The notes under the pieces were generated by a model. The model saw only the letters and a program-made list of their open reading frames with translations, did not search any database and was not told where the DNA came from. DNA of 59,351 nt, counting the filler. It is 3 parts of 3 records of this genome, joined end to end, with 100 filler letters (N's around TTAATTAATTAA, not from the genome) between each part and the next. Parts side by side here need not be neighbours in the genome. Positions count along the whole stretch, not along the records: positions 1 to 25,392 come from DRR378314_385; 2 more parts are not named here. The stretch is one strand, 5' to 3'. The number at the start of each line of letters is the position of its first letter. Positions within the stretch are counted from its first letter, which is position 1. The translations under genes were made by a program, and so were the position numbers. Positions 1-13,500 of the stretch are shown here, piece by piece.

Positions 1-28
1 CGCCGCCGCCGCCGCCGCCGCCGCCGCC
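1..28. repeat. (GCC)n microsatellite encoding poly-Gly of the SARAF tail; window edge
   Basis: cgccgccgcc... seen directly; reads GGC GGC in the SARAF exon frame. Confidence 0.9.
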
Positions 29-1408
29 ATAGCCACCAGCTCCACCGCGCAATGGGTCACCCGCGCGCCCTTGCGTCATATTCTGCATTGTGCACAAGCA
101 TCACTAGAATCAATCACAGAAAACCTCTGTGCCAAGAGACTCGAAAAGCATGGGCACTGCTCTCATTGGATGGGCCGGGGCAGACCGCGGCAGCAGCGAC
201 AGGCTCAGCAGGTACCTTTTGTTTGCCCGGAAGCGCACCTGAACAATCTTGAAAAGAATGAAAAACGCTCCGGCCAGAATAACGATATTCCATATACCAG
301 AACTCTCGCCATTCCTGTTTGATCGCCGCGACCAACTCGACCGAGCGGAGTTGCGGTACACGAGGTTATATTCGAGTCCGCACGAGCCAGCAAGTACATA
401 TTTGTCTCCTGTCATTCGCCGCAGTGCATACGAAGCGCGCGCATTGCTGAGAGGTGGCAGCTATGGTAAGCTGCGGCGCTGCGAGCCAGCAGAGCAGTTC
501 CTCGAGTACAGCTGAATAGCACGCACGCACACACCTGAGTAGCGGTATCCTTCGCAAGTGACCGTGACCGGGCCGAGCGCAACCTCCTGCATAGCCATAC
601 GCGAGCGAATGAACGGAAGCAGCGAAAACGTAGTTGCGCGGGGCGCGTCGGAAACTGGCGATGAAGGGAGCGGCTGCTCCAGTGGAGCGCGTACTTGCGA
701 GGGAAAACGTGCGTCATCGAGAGTTCGAGTGCGAGCGTATGTTCCGAGCGACGTTATCCTCTATACCCCCGATATGGCGATACCAGTAAAGAAAACAGGG
801 TATGATACGCATGATTGTAGCACGTTCACGCGCAGAAACGCATGGTGAAGAGCGTGCGCTTCGGAAAGCGCTGCGACCGCACACGCAGGTTCCGCCCGCC
901 GCACCTCGTCGAGCTCTGCGGAGCACTTCCACTGTGCGCTCACGCCGTCGAATCCCGTTTGCGTGCACTGCACAACGTCCGGCTCCAAACCCGAGCCGCA
1001 AGCGCCGCCTCCTACGCACGAGAGCTGTGGTACCGGTGAAGCCCGGCGACCAAGGGTCTGTCTCCCCGCGAAAAACGTGAGCGCGCTCAGCTGCACAGCG
1101 CACGGCAGCGATTCCAAAACGAGGACCGCCTCGTGACGTCAGCGGACTCGCACGCTTCGCACCTGCGCGACTGGCGCGCGATGCGCCTCACAACCGAACC
1201 GTAGGTTCCACATCAACCTACAGTTACGTTACGCCATTGAATATGAGAAAGAAGAAGAGCTCTGTGCTAATTCTCCCGTCTCGCTGTGGCACCAGCAACG
1301 TACTTCGCGCATGTGAATCGCATCGTCACCGAGTGCTTTCCCGGCACTGCCTTGCAACGCTGCCGCGCACAGGAGCACGGCGAGCGCGGTAGCGTGCATT
1401 TTGTACAT
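1..1408 (-). CDS. SARAF: SARAF/TMEM66-like store-operated calcium entry regulatory factor (spliced, 3' end runs off the window)
   Basis: Phase-consistent GT-AG exons 1408-1304, 1090-905, 586-535, 408-239, 82-1. They encode a signal peptide (MHATALAVLLCAAALQG), then LSALTFFAGRQTLGRRASPVPQLSCVGG..DVVQC..GFDGVSAQWKCSAELD..VTCEGY..DKYVLAGSCGLEYNL (SARAF luminal-domain pattern), a TM helix (IWNIVILAGAFFILFKIV) and a Gly-rich tail. Start could be ATG 1408 or 1399. Confidence 0.88.
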
Positions 1409-1478
1409 CACAGCGCTGTGTTTGCGAAACTACCGTTGCTGAGCTCCAATTCAGAAACGCAAAAAGCGCCCAGAGAGT

Positions 1479-1498
1479 GAGAGAGAGAGAGAGAGAGA
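1479..1498. repeat. (GA)10 microsatellite upstream of SARAF start
   Basis: Seen directly. Confidence 0.9.
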
Positions 1499-1939
1499 AA
1501 AAAAAGAACAATGGAAAGCAATAACAACAACAAAGCGGCCGTGGTTGGCGCGCTGCTGGCGCGTGCCTGCGTGCAGCTCGCTCGGGCTGGTGAGAAGCAC
1601 ACAAACCCTAGCCGGAAAACGTGCGCGTGCTGGTCCATACTGAGCAGAACGCGCTCTGTCCTGCGCCAAGCCAAGCTCCGCGCGCAGTGCGTCGGACGAA
1701 GCGCATGCCCGCGGCTTGCAGTTCACGAAAGTTGCATGTATTTTCTCACATCATCAGAGACGACGCGCTCGATTCTACCGGGAATCACCCGGTTTTGGCG
1801 GTGCAGCGCGGGATATAGAGCACGTGACTGTTCTACAAGAAAGCCGCAGCTTCACGCGCCCAAAGTCCATACGGGCGCAAGAAGAGCTTGGCAAACGCGA
1901 TGGAGCGCGCGAACGAAGAACAGCATACGGCGGAAGCAT

Positions 1940-4900
1940 TCAGGAGCTACCGGGTGTCTTTTCGAGCTCTTTCGAATCACCGGGATCAAACATCGAATCG
2001 GCATGCGCGGGCGGCGGATACCAGCTACCCGGGGCGATCTTCGTGTCGCCGTTGTTCATGAGACTGCACCAGAGACGGGGCAGCGGGCAGAGCGAAACAA
2101 GCATCCGAGTTAAGGGTAGCGCAGCCAAATGGCCACGCGCGACCTGCGCGTTCTTCACCCGCTCTGCACGACCAGGTACTCGCGCACCTCAGTATGCTGC
2201 CAGTCCAGAATACGATATCATGGCTTACCTGTCAGAGTACTTGTAGCGCCATTCCCAGTTCTTCATATTGTCGCCGTGCTTCACCGGCTCGAAGAAGCGC
2301 GGCGCCCACTCCTTTCCTTCTTCTTTGCGGTGCTTCACACCGCGGCGCTGGCGGTCCTCCAACACCGTCTTTGCGTCGGTGGCTTTATCCATGTCGCCGG
2401 TCACTGCAATCGCCATACAATGCGCAGCGAGATTTGAGAAATTCTACGCTAGAATAGCCGACTCTTGAGCCATTCCCGAAACCGCTTTTGCGTACATCAG
2501 GAACAAGAGCAGCACGGAAAGAAGAAAAAGAAAGAAGAAGAAACGCGACGCATGGCACCGTCGCGTGCGGGCGAGCCGTCCGAGACGGCGACGCATCAAA
2601 TCGCTCACCCGGCGACCACTGCCGCACAACGTACCGATCGCTGCGGTGACATCTTGCCACAGCTTTTGCGATTCGTAGTACTCTTGCTCGTCCACCGGTC
2701 GCGTCTTGATCGCAGCCGGCTTGTGCCCACCGTGGCAATCGAAGAACACTGATTCTTCGTTCTTCTCCACGTTGTGCATGTACATGATGTCGTCCCAGAA
2801 TCCGTAGATATGGTACATAGGGCTCTTGGGGTCGTTGATCTTGTACATCTTGCCACGGATCTCGTTGTGCTCGTCGCTTCCGAACATTGACTTTGTCCGG
2901 AAATCAATCTCTCCCTCCAAACCTGTCTTCTTGCACGTAAGCGTGCATTCACCTCCAATTTCCTGCTGAATCGTTCCCATGAGAACTCCGCGGACGTAGA
3001 AATTGGGGAGCGTCACGACGTACATTTCGTCATGCTCGTGCAGGTAGATACGGAACATTCCGTCCATCTGCGCAGAAAGCGAATGCAGCACACCGCGCAA
3101 CGGACGTGACACGCGAAACAATACGGTGGCGCTGAACGATCAGATTTCTCAGCGACACGGTCACAACACCCTTTCGTGGCGCGGGGTAGCGAGCGAGCGC
3201 ATGGATCGCCGTGCTCGCGCTGTAGCAGTCTGACCTAGGCAGGGCAAGGATTCGAGTTCAAAGGAAAGCACAAACAGGCAGCCAGGCGGTGGGCGCCAAG
3301 TAGATTACATCCGAGCGGGCCTGTGTTTCGCGTGGTACTGTGTCTCGGGGTAGAGCTGCGCCTCTGAACACACCTTTCCTTTAATCGTGTTGACTTGGAA
3401 GGTCGAGTGCGGGTACACGTGGCCTTCCACGCTTACACCGGGACCTGCAAACATGAAGGCGCTGATCGGAGGGTGATGGGAGACCTGCAATGCACAAGTG
3501 CAAAGCGCGAGAAACGCAGAGAGCGCGAGAAACGCAGAGAGCGCGAGCAACGGGTGAACAGAGGCGCTGGATTGCCCTTCCGACACTGCCCGGCGGGGAC
3601 GAGGCGAAGCGTGTAGCGCAATGTCCGCCGTAGAGGTTTACACGCAAAGACATGTCGTGTAACAGCAGCATTCGTATCATTGCCCACTTTTCGGCAGAAG
3701 AGCAGGAAAAGTGCACTCGCACACATCATCGTGCAGCACACCTGCTCAGCTACGTAGAAGATCTTCTTCGATGCGTCACTGCCGTCACTGCCGCTTTCGC
3801 CGATATGCAAATCTGCCAAATTCGGCATATCGTTGACGTCCCATTGGCCTGAAAAGACTTCTCCGAGCACTGGATTGTACGGTTTCTTGACTCCCTACTC
3901 AGGCACACAGCATGGGCACCAGCAGCAACCGAATCGGACCCGTTAGGACCGAACCATGGCTCCCCGCATACCCAAGGGCAGCCACAATCACAAAAAAAAG
4001 GTAGATTGCGGTGTGACTAGACTGTTGGCTATGCTGCGCAGCTGCACCGGTCAGTGGTTGAATGTTGCAGCCGCGGATGCCACGACAGAGATCAATCGCT
4101 GGCAAAACAACGCAGCGCACCTTTGGTCGCAGGTGCCATCCCGACATGAACCATTTCATCAAGTACAGCATGCGCTGCTCAGGCGTCTTCTGCTGTATCG
4201 TCCTGTTGGCGTTCAATAGAGGAGTACCGGAATACACTTGCGGTGAACGGGTGCGATAGAGACGAAAAAGGCAATCGTCTTGAAGTAGCTACAAGAGCGA
4301 GGAGAGGACTGCAGTGGTGAGCATCACTTGCACGCCTATTGGAGTTCCAAGATCAGAGACTGCACCCGCGCAACGAGCTGTGCACGCAAACCAAGCAGGT
4401 GCTCTTTCTATGCAGCGTGAGCGCGTTCATGAAAAAAAAAAGAAGGGAGAGACACTGGCAGCCATATCTCATCGTTAAGGGACAAGGACAAAAGAAAAAA
4501 ATACCGGTGTTTGGAGGCTATCGCACAGAAAGCGGCACGTCGACTGGCGCTGTGGCAAGCTGACGTGTCACAGCTACGTTGGTAGTGACAGCAAGAATAC
4601 CACGCAAACCAGCCCGCGGAAACGGAGCGGTGCTGCACACCAGCCGGGTGCGACGGACAAGGAGCCGGGACACTGAGCGTACTCGAAAATAAGATCTGGG
4701 AACTTGAAGAAGTCCGTTACTTTGTCGAGAAGTGAGCGCGGCTCCAGTACAAACGCAGGGAACGGGATTTTCGACAGTTCCAGACCAGGCTTCACCTGCT
4801 TCAGCATCTGCATGAGGAGCGACTTCGGCTGTCCTTCGAGTACTTCCTCCTGTAACAGCCCAGCGAGGAGGCGCGCGCGTTGCAGCGCACGGTCAGATGG

Positions 4901-4961
4901 TGAAGCAATTCTTGCGAAATTACCTACGTCGACAAATGCACTCCCTGGCTCGGTGCTTCCG
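1940..4961 (-). CDS. Oxysterol-binding protein-related (ORP/Osh) lipid transfer protein, spliced; 5' end unresolved
   Basis: Exons 4961-4928, 4849-4683, 4202-4121, 3894-3742, 3484-3374, 3067-2635, 2403-2229, 2063-1940 join in phase at GT-AG sites. Motifs: LSKIPFPAFVLEPRSLL, KKPYNPVLGE, signature EQ|VSHHPP, KTVLEDRQR, WAPRFF. Confidence 0.92.
3504..3547. repeat. 18-bp tandem repeat (AGCGCGAGAAACGCAGAG, about 2.4 copies) in an ORP intron
   Basis: Seen directly. Confidence 0.9.
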
Positions 4962-7900
4962 CTGTAGAGGGCAGTGGGAGGGACTGCAACACAACCAAAT
5001 GGGGCCAACGCTGACGTGACTGCACGCGGGAACGCCAAGAATAGCATGCAACGGCCAAGCGCGCTTTCTCTCAGGCTAGAGCTCTTCGTGCACTTCGCGT
5101 TCCTGGATTTATCAACCACTGCAGTGGCGATGGACACTCGGCAAAAATACATACTCATGCGAAATTCGTATAGCTACATCATACAAGGCTGCTGGGAGGC
5201 TGGCGAGGCGATTGGTACCGCTTTGGGCAAAGGGCACATACGCACGACCGCAGAGAGCGCAGACTAACAAACTCGCGTGTGCAGCCCTTCGAGAAAGCAC
5301 AGGACTGCAGACTACGGACGAGGGGGGAAACGCCAGGCAAATGCGCTCGCCGCTCGTTCCTCCCCCCAGCGAACTCTCTCTTTCACTCACACTTGCACGC
5401 TCAAAAATCACATTAAACAGTCTGCAGTATCGCTTCGCATAGCAGATGGCTGAAGCGAGCGACTCTGTGCGCACTCCAGTCGCTCATGCCCGACAGCGCG
5501 GCCGCGAAGCCAAGCACGGGCCGCTTCGCTGGTGGTGGTGCGACGGTCTAGGGGGAAACCAAGGCGTTCTTGCTTCCCAGCGGCCCAACGACGGGAAACC
5601 CTCGCGCCGCTTGAATGGGCTACGTGATTATCGCTATCGAGAGAGACTACAGTGACCACGATTTTGAGGTTTTGTCCAGTGATGCGGGCGTTGCTCGCTA
5701 GACGGCGAGGCGGGAAGCACAGGACAGTACACACGACTACGCGCGGGGGGAACGATGTGCAGCACAGCCCAGAGTGTGCAGCACCGCTCGCTCGCACGTT
5801 GTCAAACTCTTCGCCATCGCACACCGGGATCGCTCGACGCGCAAAAGCAAACAAGACCACCGCGCCCGCGCACGGGAGGGCAGCGGGAAAAATAGGAGAT
5901 GTGTGTCCAATACGCGCGACTGGAACTAGCAACGACGGTTACTTCCTGGAGAGCACCGCTTGCGCGCTGCAGGGGCACGTCTGGCCACGTGCGGCAAACT
6001 GCCGTGCGCTGGGGCTCGTAGAGCGCGGGCCCCTGCGCAGAGCTGCGAGCAAGCGGCTTTGGCGGAGTACCAACACGCGCAACGACCGTCATTCAGGCGT
6101 CGCCGCTGCACAATCCACGCGATCGCGGCACACCCGTCCTTTAGAATTCCCGCGCTTCTTCTCTACAGCGTGCATGGAGACGAAGCAAAGCTAAGAAGGG
6201 CGAAACGTACATCTTTGGAACCGCGGTGCTTTCTCTTCGGCGGCTTGAAAGACGACCCACGCGAAAGGCCGAACATGGCTGGCTGCTAACGTGACAGCAC
6301 GTGCTACAGGACTCTCCAAATACAAACAAACAAGCAAAAACGTCCCGGACACGCAGGCAGCGCAAGAAACCGAGGCGTTTTAACGAGGAGTGCTTTGAAA
6401 AACCGTTTCAACAGCCTCGTCAATACAACAGCGTAGCGCCTCCGGCCCACGGAAGCGGAAACCTGCTCCTTTCGCTGAAAGCCGCGTGGACGAGCTCGAG
6501 CTGGTCGTTGCGCTGCGCGAACCGACGCGAACCGCAAGGAAAGAGGAGCACGCGCGACGGCGGGAGCGCGGCGGCAGTGCCTTGCTGCCGGAAGGCGAGC
6601 CCTTGGTCTTCCTGATCTCGCCACAGGCGGCGGGCCGGCGCGGCCGCGAGGGAAGACGGGAAAATCCGTCCCGCGTCCCACTGCGACCTTTCCCGCTTGT
6701 CGTTTCCTCGCCGCCGCGCGGTGGAAGGAGGATAGCGCCCCTACTGCGCAGTAACCCCTTCTGGGTTCGCGCTGTGCGCCAGCGCGCAAAGCACACGCCC
6801 AAGGATCTTTGGTGCTATCGCGGTGGAGCGTGCTAACTATGCTTTGCTTCCCCAGCATGTGTCTCTGGTTACAATTACGAGTGGCAGCAGGCACCACGGG
6901 TGAGTGTGAGTGCCAAGTTTGCTCACCTACGCGGCGCGGCACCCCACGAAAGCTGCTGCCCCGCTGGCGCCGCCTGCTCCGCGATTCCTGGCGCCGCACC
7001 CAGCTTCTCCCACCTCGTCGTGCTTCCGTTTGCCAGCGAGGTACAATCCCACTGTATCCTTGGCAGCCGATGGTATCGCGTACTGCTGTACGGTGGCGCT
7101 GATGAGTGCTCTACAAAGTTCTGGTATGGGCACGCTATAGCTCTGAATAAGAGCAGTAAAGACATCGAGTACCCGTAGGAAAAGTTCCGCACTTCGCAGC
7201 AGAAGGGAACAATTGTGAGCACTCGACCGGACATTTTCTCCTTGTTTGCGCACCCTGCGCTCATCCGGTGCATGTATTCCATGCTGCAAGAAGAGAGATT
7301 GACAACTATGCGCATCCAAAATCATCCAGAGTCAAGGAAACTTGTCGAAGTTGGTCGGCTATTTTCTCTTCGCACGTGAGCGCGGCGCGAGCTGCGTTCA
7401 TCAGGGCCGAATCGCCGCCTTGATCGTACAAATGTTCCAGGCCCCCAACAGAGACGACGCATTTCAGGACAAAGAGAGGAATTCAGGATTAGATCATCAA
7501 CCTTGCAGGGAGAGATAGCATCTGTACTCGCTACGCGCTTTTTCCATGCATCGTGGCTCGTATATTGACACGGTGCAAGCTCTCCGAACACGCGCACGCG
7601 CCCGGTGCGCGTCAATCGCTTCCTTCCCTCTCCCCCAGCCACGTATCACACGGCTCCATTTCCTCCAGCAACCGGTGAGTAAATTCGCGCAAAATTTGCC
7701 ACCGCACCGCATGCTAGAAATATACCTGGTAAACGCCCTCGCTGGGTGCTTACAAGCTCGTCGATGCGATCGGCGATTCCTGTAAGTTTCTCGTGTGCAC
7801 GCTTGACGCTCTCCTCGATGACCTGGATTTCGGTAGAAGACCCAGCAACAAAGCAATGCGACAGAAACGATCACGCGCACTTTTTCGAACCACAAACAAT

Positions 7901-8580
7901 CCACTCGCGCAAGTTCATGACAACCTTACGATTCGAGTATTACTACATTCCCAGGTGCAGCTGTTTTTGTTTGGAATTGCTGTCGATCCGTGTTGAACAT
8001 GTCGCACGTACGTTGGACGGAATCGAGGCAGGGATACTGTATCCCGCTCGATTGCCGCGCTCTGCTGTTGCCTGCGCACAACACTCTCGCTGGAAATCAG
8101 GCGAGAGCGCGGAAAACAGAAGCGCGCCACGCAGTCGTTCTGGACATGGAATTTCAGCGGTTATCTGGTAGGGCGGAGCAAGCTGGAGCACGCAGGAACG
8201 ACACGCGCGGGATTCATTAGCCTGTGCTGCACCGTTCCGAACGAAAATGCCTCGCTTGTCCATGAGCCCGCTGCTTTGCACATCCTATTGTACTGGAATG
8301 GAAAGCGAGTCGCTCTCCCGCGTACGCGCAATTCTTGAGAATAGAAATGAAATCTACGTGACTGTGTTACAGGTCAAAGGGTTCAAGAAATGGTGGTTGG
8401 GGGCCTCAAACTGCGTCTTCACAGTACATTTTCCCTTTCATCGCAGCAACAGGCGCAGAAGCAGTGGCAGCGATACAATCGACGTCGCAGCAACACGGTC
8501 ACCAAGGGAGCACAACCGAGACGATCCATCCACAAACGCGCGGGCTATAGTATCTGGAGCACAATGGCACATATGGTACA

Positions 8581-10390
8581 TCAAGAACGCACCTTGAGGT
8601 CGCGCAGCTGGTCGACTAGCGCGGGCGAAAACCCGCTCACCGCAGCATCGAGCGCGAGCGAGTGCGACGGTATCGGGTCGCTGCACGCGCCAAAAGCGTC
8701 GAGCGCGTCCCACACGGACCCGCGCATCGACAGGCGCAGAGGAATACCTACAGCGCACCGCTTTCCAAGCGCAACGACATCACCAGTATCCTGCAGTACG
8801 AATCTGGCCGAGGGTTCGTTGCCGAGGCTCCGTTCCATTGGCACAAGGAGCAATGACGTTCCTTCCGGGGCAACGCGTCCAACATCGGCAGCCAAGCGCG
8901 CGGTGATGCATCGCGCAAGCGCAAACACGTTTTTGTCCTTCTTAAGCGTGTGCGGCGACGCGTCTGCAAGAGGAATGACAATGCGCTCAAACTAGCAGAA
9001 AAGCAACAGTAACACGAGCACGTTGACGGGTACGATTGTACACCCATCAATGTCAGGCAACGGAACTTTATCTACGGAACGAAAGCGCAGTCACGAGACT
9101 ATCGAACAAGAACACTGAAACTGAATCGAAGATCTCACGCGCACTTTCTCCGGCTCAACAAGAGAGGAGAACAAGGCACATGCGGAAATAAGACGAATGG
9201 CAAATATGCACGATATGATTCGGTTCCATACGAACGCAAGGTTGACATTGATTCACGCGAGACAGACACGGGCAGCAAATGCAGAAACGTGAACCAGAAC
9301 GCGTCCCCATCACTGGTCGTCGCGCTGTATCGCGCGCTGTCTCCCTCTCCCTCACACGTTGCCCCAGTGATCCTCTTCCCCTCACCCCACGAGGTCCCTC
9401 TATCCTCGGTATGTTCTCACCTCCTCTGCAAGTGTTCTCGCACTTTCCTTCCAAATTTTCTTTACCATTGAAAAAGGAGTAAGATCTTTGAGGTCCTTCT
9501 TTGAAACGGTGGACAGAGGATGGCACGAATTACTGCGGGAAAGGTCCACTATCATGCGCGCGAGCTCTTGCGGTTCGCGAGCGGTGACTTCCGCAGCGTT
9601 GCCGAGAAGAACGTAATACACAAAGAGAACCAATAACGTCTGCAGACGAATTGCAATAACATACGAGAAAAACCGCAATATTTTGGCTGAAATGATGAGC
9701 ATGCTATCGGCTTTTTGCGTCAAAGCAAGAAGTTGCATGATTTTTTTCTTCTGGTGACCGAGCTCCACCTCCGCAACTGTCCAACCCATTCGTTTCGTCG
9801 CACCTCGTCGTCTAGGCCACTTGCACACTGGAGGCATTGCTTGCCCAGTGTTTCCATGGACATGATGTCATTCGCTGAGAGACATTGCCGTCGCGGAATT
9901 ATAGCGAGAGTTTCTCTGTCGGTGTCGAGCTCCAGCGACTGGATTCGGAAGCAGCAAAGGAAAGCGAAACGAAGCAAGTTCACAAGGATGAATACTCTCA
10001 CGCGTTCGCTCGTTAGGCAAGGAGCCACAGTGGAGCCGCGGTTCTGTTCGCAACTTTCCGTTGCGCAGCGAAGATTCCATATGCAAATAAACAGCTCGTG
10101 CAGAGCTGGTGGGAGAAATGGATCCTCCCGGTGCGTGCTGATAGCACAAGCGCGTGCGGTGATTTGCGACCCGCGAGTGCGTGGCGGGGAGTGCCCATCG
10201 GGCGGGCACGAAACGGACAAGGATACACATTGCAGCTGCGCCAGGGATATTCCACTCGCGAAGTGATATGACGGACAAGATGTGAGTAGGCAGCGTGAAT
10301 ACACGAAAGGAGAATAGGAGACATTCACCGGAGGTATCGATCAAATAGAGGGAGCTCGGTTGGACCGTTGGAGAAGCAGTGCTGCTCGCC
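8581..10390 (-). CDS. Probable further exons of the SET gene (or a separate gene), function uncertain
   Basis: Splice-flanked, coding-like segments ETLAIIPRRQCLSANDI, TLLVLFVYYVLLGNAA and a terminal ...SPALVDQLRDLKVRS*; full phase not resolved. Confidence 0.4.
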
Positions 10391-10507
10391 TGTGCGGCGC
10401 TGCGTTCGGGAATGAGAGCGCGGAGGCACACGAACAAACTGCATGTCCACAACCTTTCACGCCGCCGATGCATCACCGCACGACAAATTCCCAGAATCCC
10501 AGAAGTA

Positions 10508-13500
10508 CCTTGAGCGCAGAGGTTAGGACGAGCCGTCTCCCTTGCCGGTACACTTCCGCCATGCGAGCGCGCACCGGCGATCTGTCCAGTGTAGTGCTCG
10601 ACCCCGCGCTGCAGTAGCAGGACCGGTGGCGAAGACGAGAACAACGAAAATGATTAACGACGACCAATTACATTGCCATTTTGAACAGGTCAGTACCGAA
10701 ATCCCAGTGGTATGAAAGAAGCGAATAGCAAGCGGTGAAGGGAAGGGAAAGGGTCAAGCGCGCGCACATCTAACGTTGACGCTGCGTCCGGGAAACACTG
10801 CACAAGCACGAGAGCGACTCGGGCGCCATCAGAGTTGCGCTGCTCGCGCGAAAGCGCGATAGCACAGCAACAATGCAATGCAGCTGCTGGCAATACCCTC
10901 CTCGAGCCCCTCACGCACGTTTCTTCCCCTACGTCCAGAGCATCGAGATGGCGGTGGAGAATCGATGTTACAGTCGCGAGCGCTTCTTGTTCATTTCTTC
11001 GTGATACAATAGAGGAAAAGTGTGATCGGAAATCGGAGTTTGATAGCCGCGAAGGCAGATCGCCGCACTCGGAGGCGGACAGGACGCTGACCCGTACTCT
11101 CTCCCACAACCCCTAGCACGGAGAACCGGATCCACATCGGGCGCAGCAGCGAAGCGAGTCAGGCACTGCTGCAGCAAAGGGTGACTCTTGTGTGTACGTA
11201 GAGGTGCGGGCGCATGGACACACCGTGCACAGTACAGAGACCAGAGCCACGTTGCCGCTGTTTCTGCCGTGCTTCGCGGAGTCTGGGACGCACCTCCTCC
11301 CACACAGGTCCTCCGCTGGCATCGACTTGCACCACAAACTCGCTCTTATTCACCCCGACTTGCTCCATGAGAGAATGCTAAAAATAACGGCAATGCACAC
11401 ACCGCAGGGTCGTATGCATTGTACGGAAAAGTAAGGAAGCAGGAAGCGACGAGGTGCGGCACGAGCGAGCTTGGACGCGTTCCGCATCCCCTACGATTTG
11501 GCGCCCGACTCTGATCGCCCAGCGCCTGTAGGGAAGCCAAGGGCTCGGTCTCGATCTCGGAATTTCTTTTTGTCCTCTCATTCCCATGCTCGTAACTCAA
11601 GCAGGAGAAGCAATCGCTCCTATCGGGGCTACATACGAAATTTTCGATTGAGGCGACCTCGCAAAAGTACGTCGGAACGTCCGAGTGATGCACTCTTTCC
11701 AGCAAGCTGCGTTCTTCAAGCAGGAGGAGAGCCAAAGAAAGGATCAAGCGACTGCTGTCGCCGTTGGTCTACAGGTGAATAAGCTGAGCGAGCAATCCGT
11801 CACCATGGAACGCAAAGATAGACTGTGTGGCAGAAGGAGACAAGAGTGCGGCGATGTGGCTCGTTACCTTGAAACGCGCGAGTGATGCCGAAGTTTCTGC
11901 AATTCCGACAGTGACTCGGACACATGCCGCGCGCCAATGATCATCGACGAATCCGTACTGATGCAGGAGAGACTCGTTATATTTCGGGCCGTAATTGTTG
12001 AATACCTTTTTGTGCAAAGGGGCGACCCAGGGCGGGAATTCAGTGAGTTCGTATGCACTAAAAGGACGAGGAAAACTCTCATTCACGGCACACCGTAGCG
12101 ACCAACTGTGCTTTGTTGCCGCTTTTCCGGCAACCTCGCAGTCAATGGTGCTACAAAAGAATGGAAAGGTATCTATGAGCCATTTAGAGACAGCAACGTA
12201 GTGATACGTAGACAAATTAGTCTCGGTACGTTCGTACGCTCCATTCGCTCCGTCCCGAACGGCACATTCTATTGGCCACATTCTCGCAGATGACCAACGG
12301 ATGAAAAACAAGCGACACGTTACCTGGTTTCCCGCGGGTATTTCTTCACCACAGCGAAATCCAATTTCCAGCGGTGAGACTACCCAAGTTACGGCGGTGG
12401 GACACTGGTGATTGAGCACGTCGAGCATCGGAAGGAGACAGGCGCTGTTGGACACTCGTCCGGCGTGCGATCGCAGAAAGTCTGCAGTCGTCATGGATCC
12501 AGATTCGTCCGCACTACATTTACAGAGGAATAGGCAAAAGAACGCATGTGCATGTGCTCCTAAGAGAGAGAGATTATGTACAATGTCTCGGGGACAAACG
12601 CGTGGAAAGAAGGCGCCGACAGGCACGAAAACCGTCGCGAGCAACGATCGCGGCTGCGCTCAGAGAGGATCAGCGACAATTCGAGCAAGACCCCACACAC
12701 GGGCGAGCATTTCTGGGGTAGCAGTTGATATTCGACATGTAGCACTAGCCAAGCTGTTGAGAAGAAGATGAGATACGACTCGTCACGATCAGTGACTGCG
12801 CTAGTACCCACAATCGGACACAGAATACACGCAAAAAGATCACGAGACGCAATCTCAGAGTTTGCGCTCACAATGGTCAGAGCGTGTCTTGTCGGAACTT
12901 TGCACCGTAGACATTGTCCAGGAGATTCGAACCTCTTTACGGCATCAAATATGAGCGACTCTGGAAATGCTCGCGAATCAAATGCAGATTTCGCCCATCG
13001 AAGTGCTCGCAATGAGAACGTCTCAAGTGGGAAGATTTCCGGGGCGGAGCGGGAGAGCGGAACACAGACCTACACAGCGACGATCACGATCAAGCGCAGC
13101 AACAGCACGGAACATGTACGTTCAAGATTGATGGGCCATCTTATCAACCCAGAGATTCCACTGGGCGTCACAGAGGGATCACATCGGAGAGTCTATGACG
13201 AAGTCCAGTACTGGTTTCACAGCACTGTCTGATTGGCCGTGGGAGAACTGCTCTGCAGCGACCTGCTGCGAACGATTCAAGACCACAATCCCTACATTTT
13301 TCCCTTTGAGCTCACACGCGTGGAGAGCACGGCTCCTCATCAAGTGAATTTACTTGTGTGCTGATTCGTGGTGCTAGAAGACGTACTCGCTCGTGTAGTG
13401 CAGCAAGGTCATCTCGAGCTTTACTCGCTGCCTGCGCCAGCGGAGTTCCTGCGAGCAGGCCGAGCTCTTCCTCGGACCACCATGCCGTATCGTCGAACGA

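Noticed and set aside
1..30. ATG plus poly-Ala gene start on the minus strand
   Set aside because: The same bases read as YGGGG in the phase-consistent SARAF exon.
3504..3547. CRISPR-like array
   Set aside because: Contiguous repeats without spacers, in a eukaryotic intron, with no cas genes in the window.
12915..12945. tRNA T-loop-like GGTTCGAATC on the minus strand
   Set aside because: No proper T-stem or cloverleaf; it lies within the SET gene.
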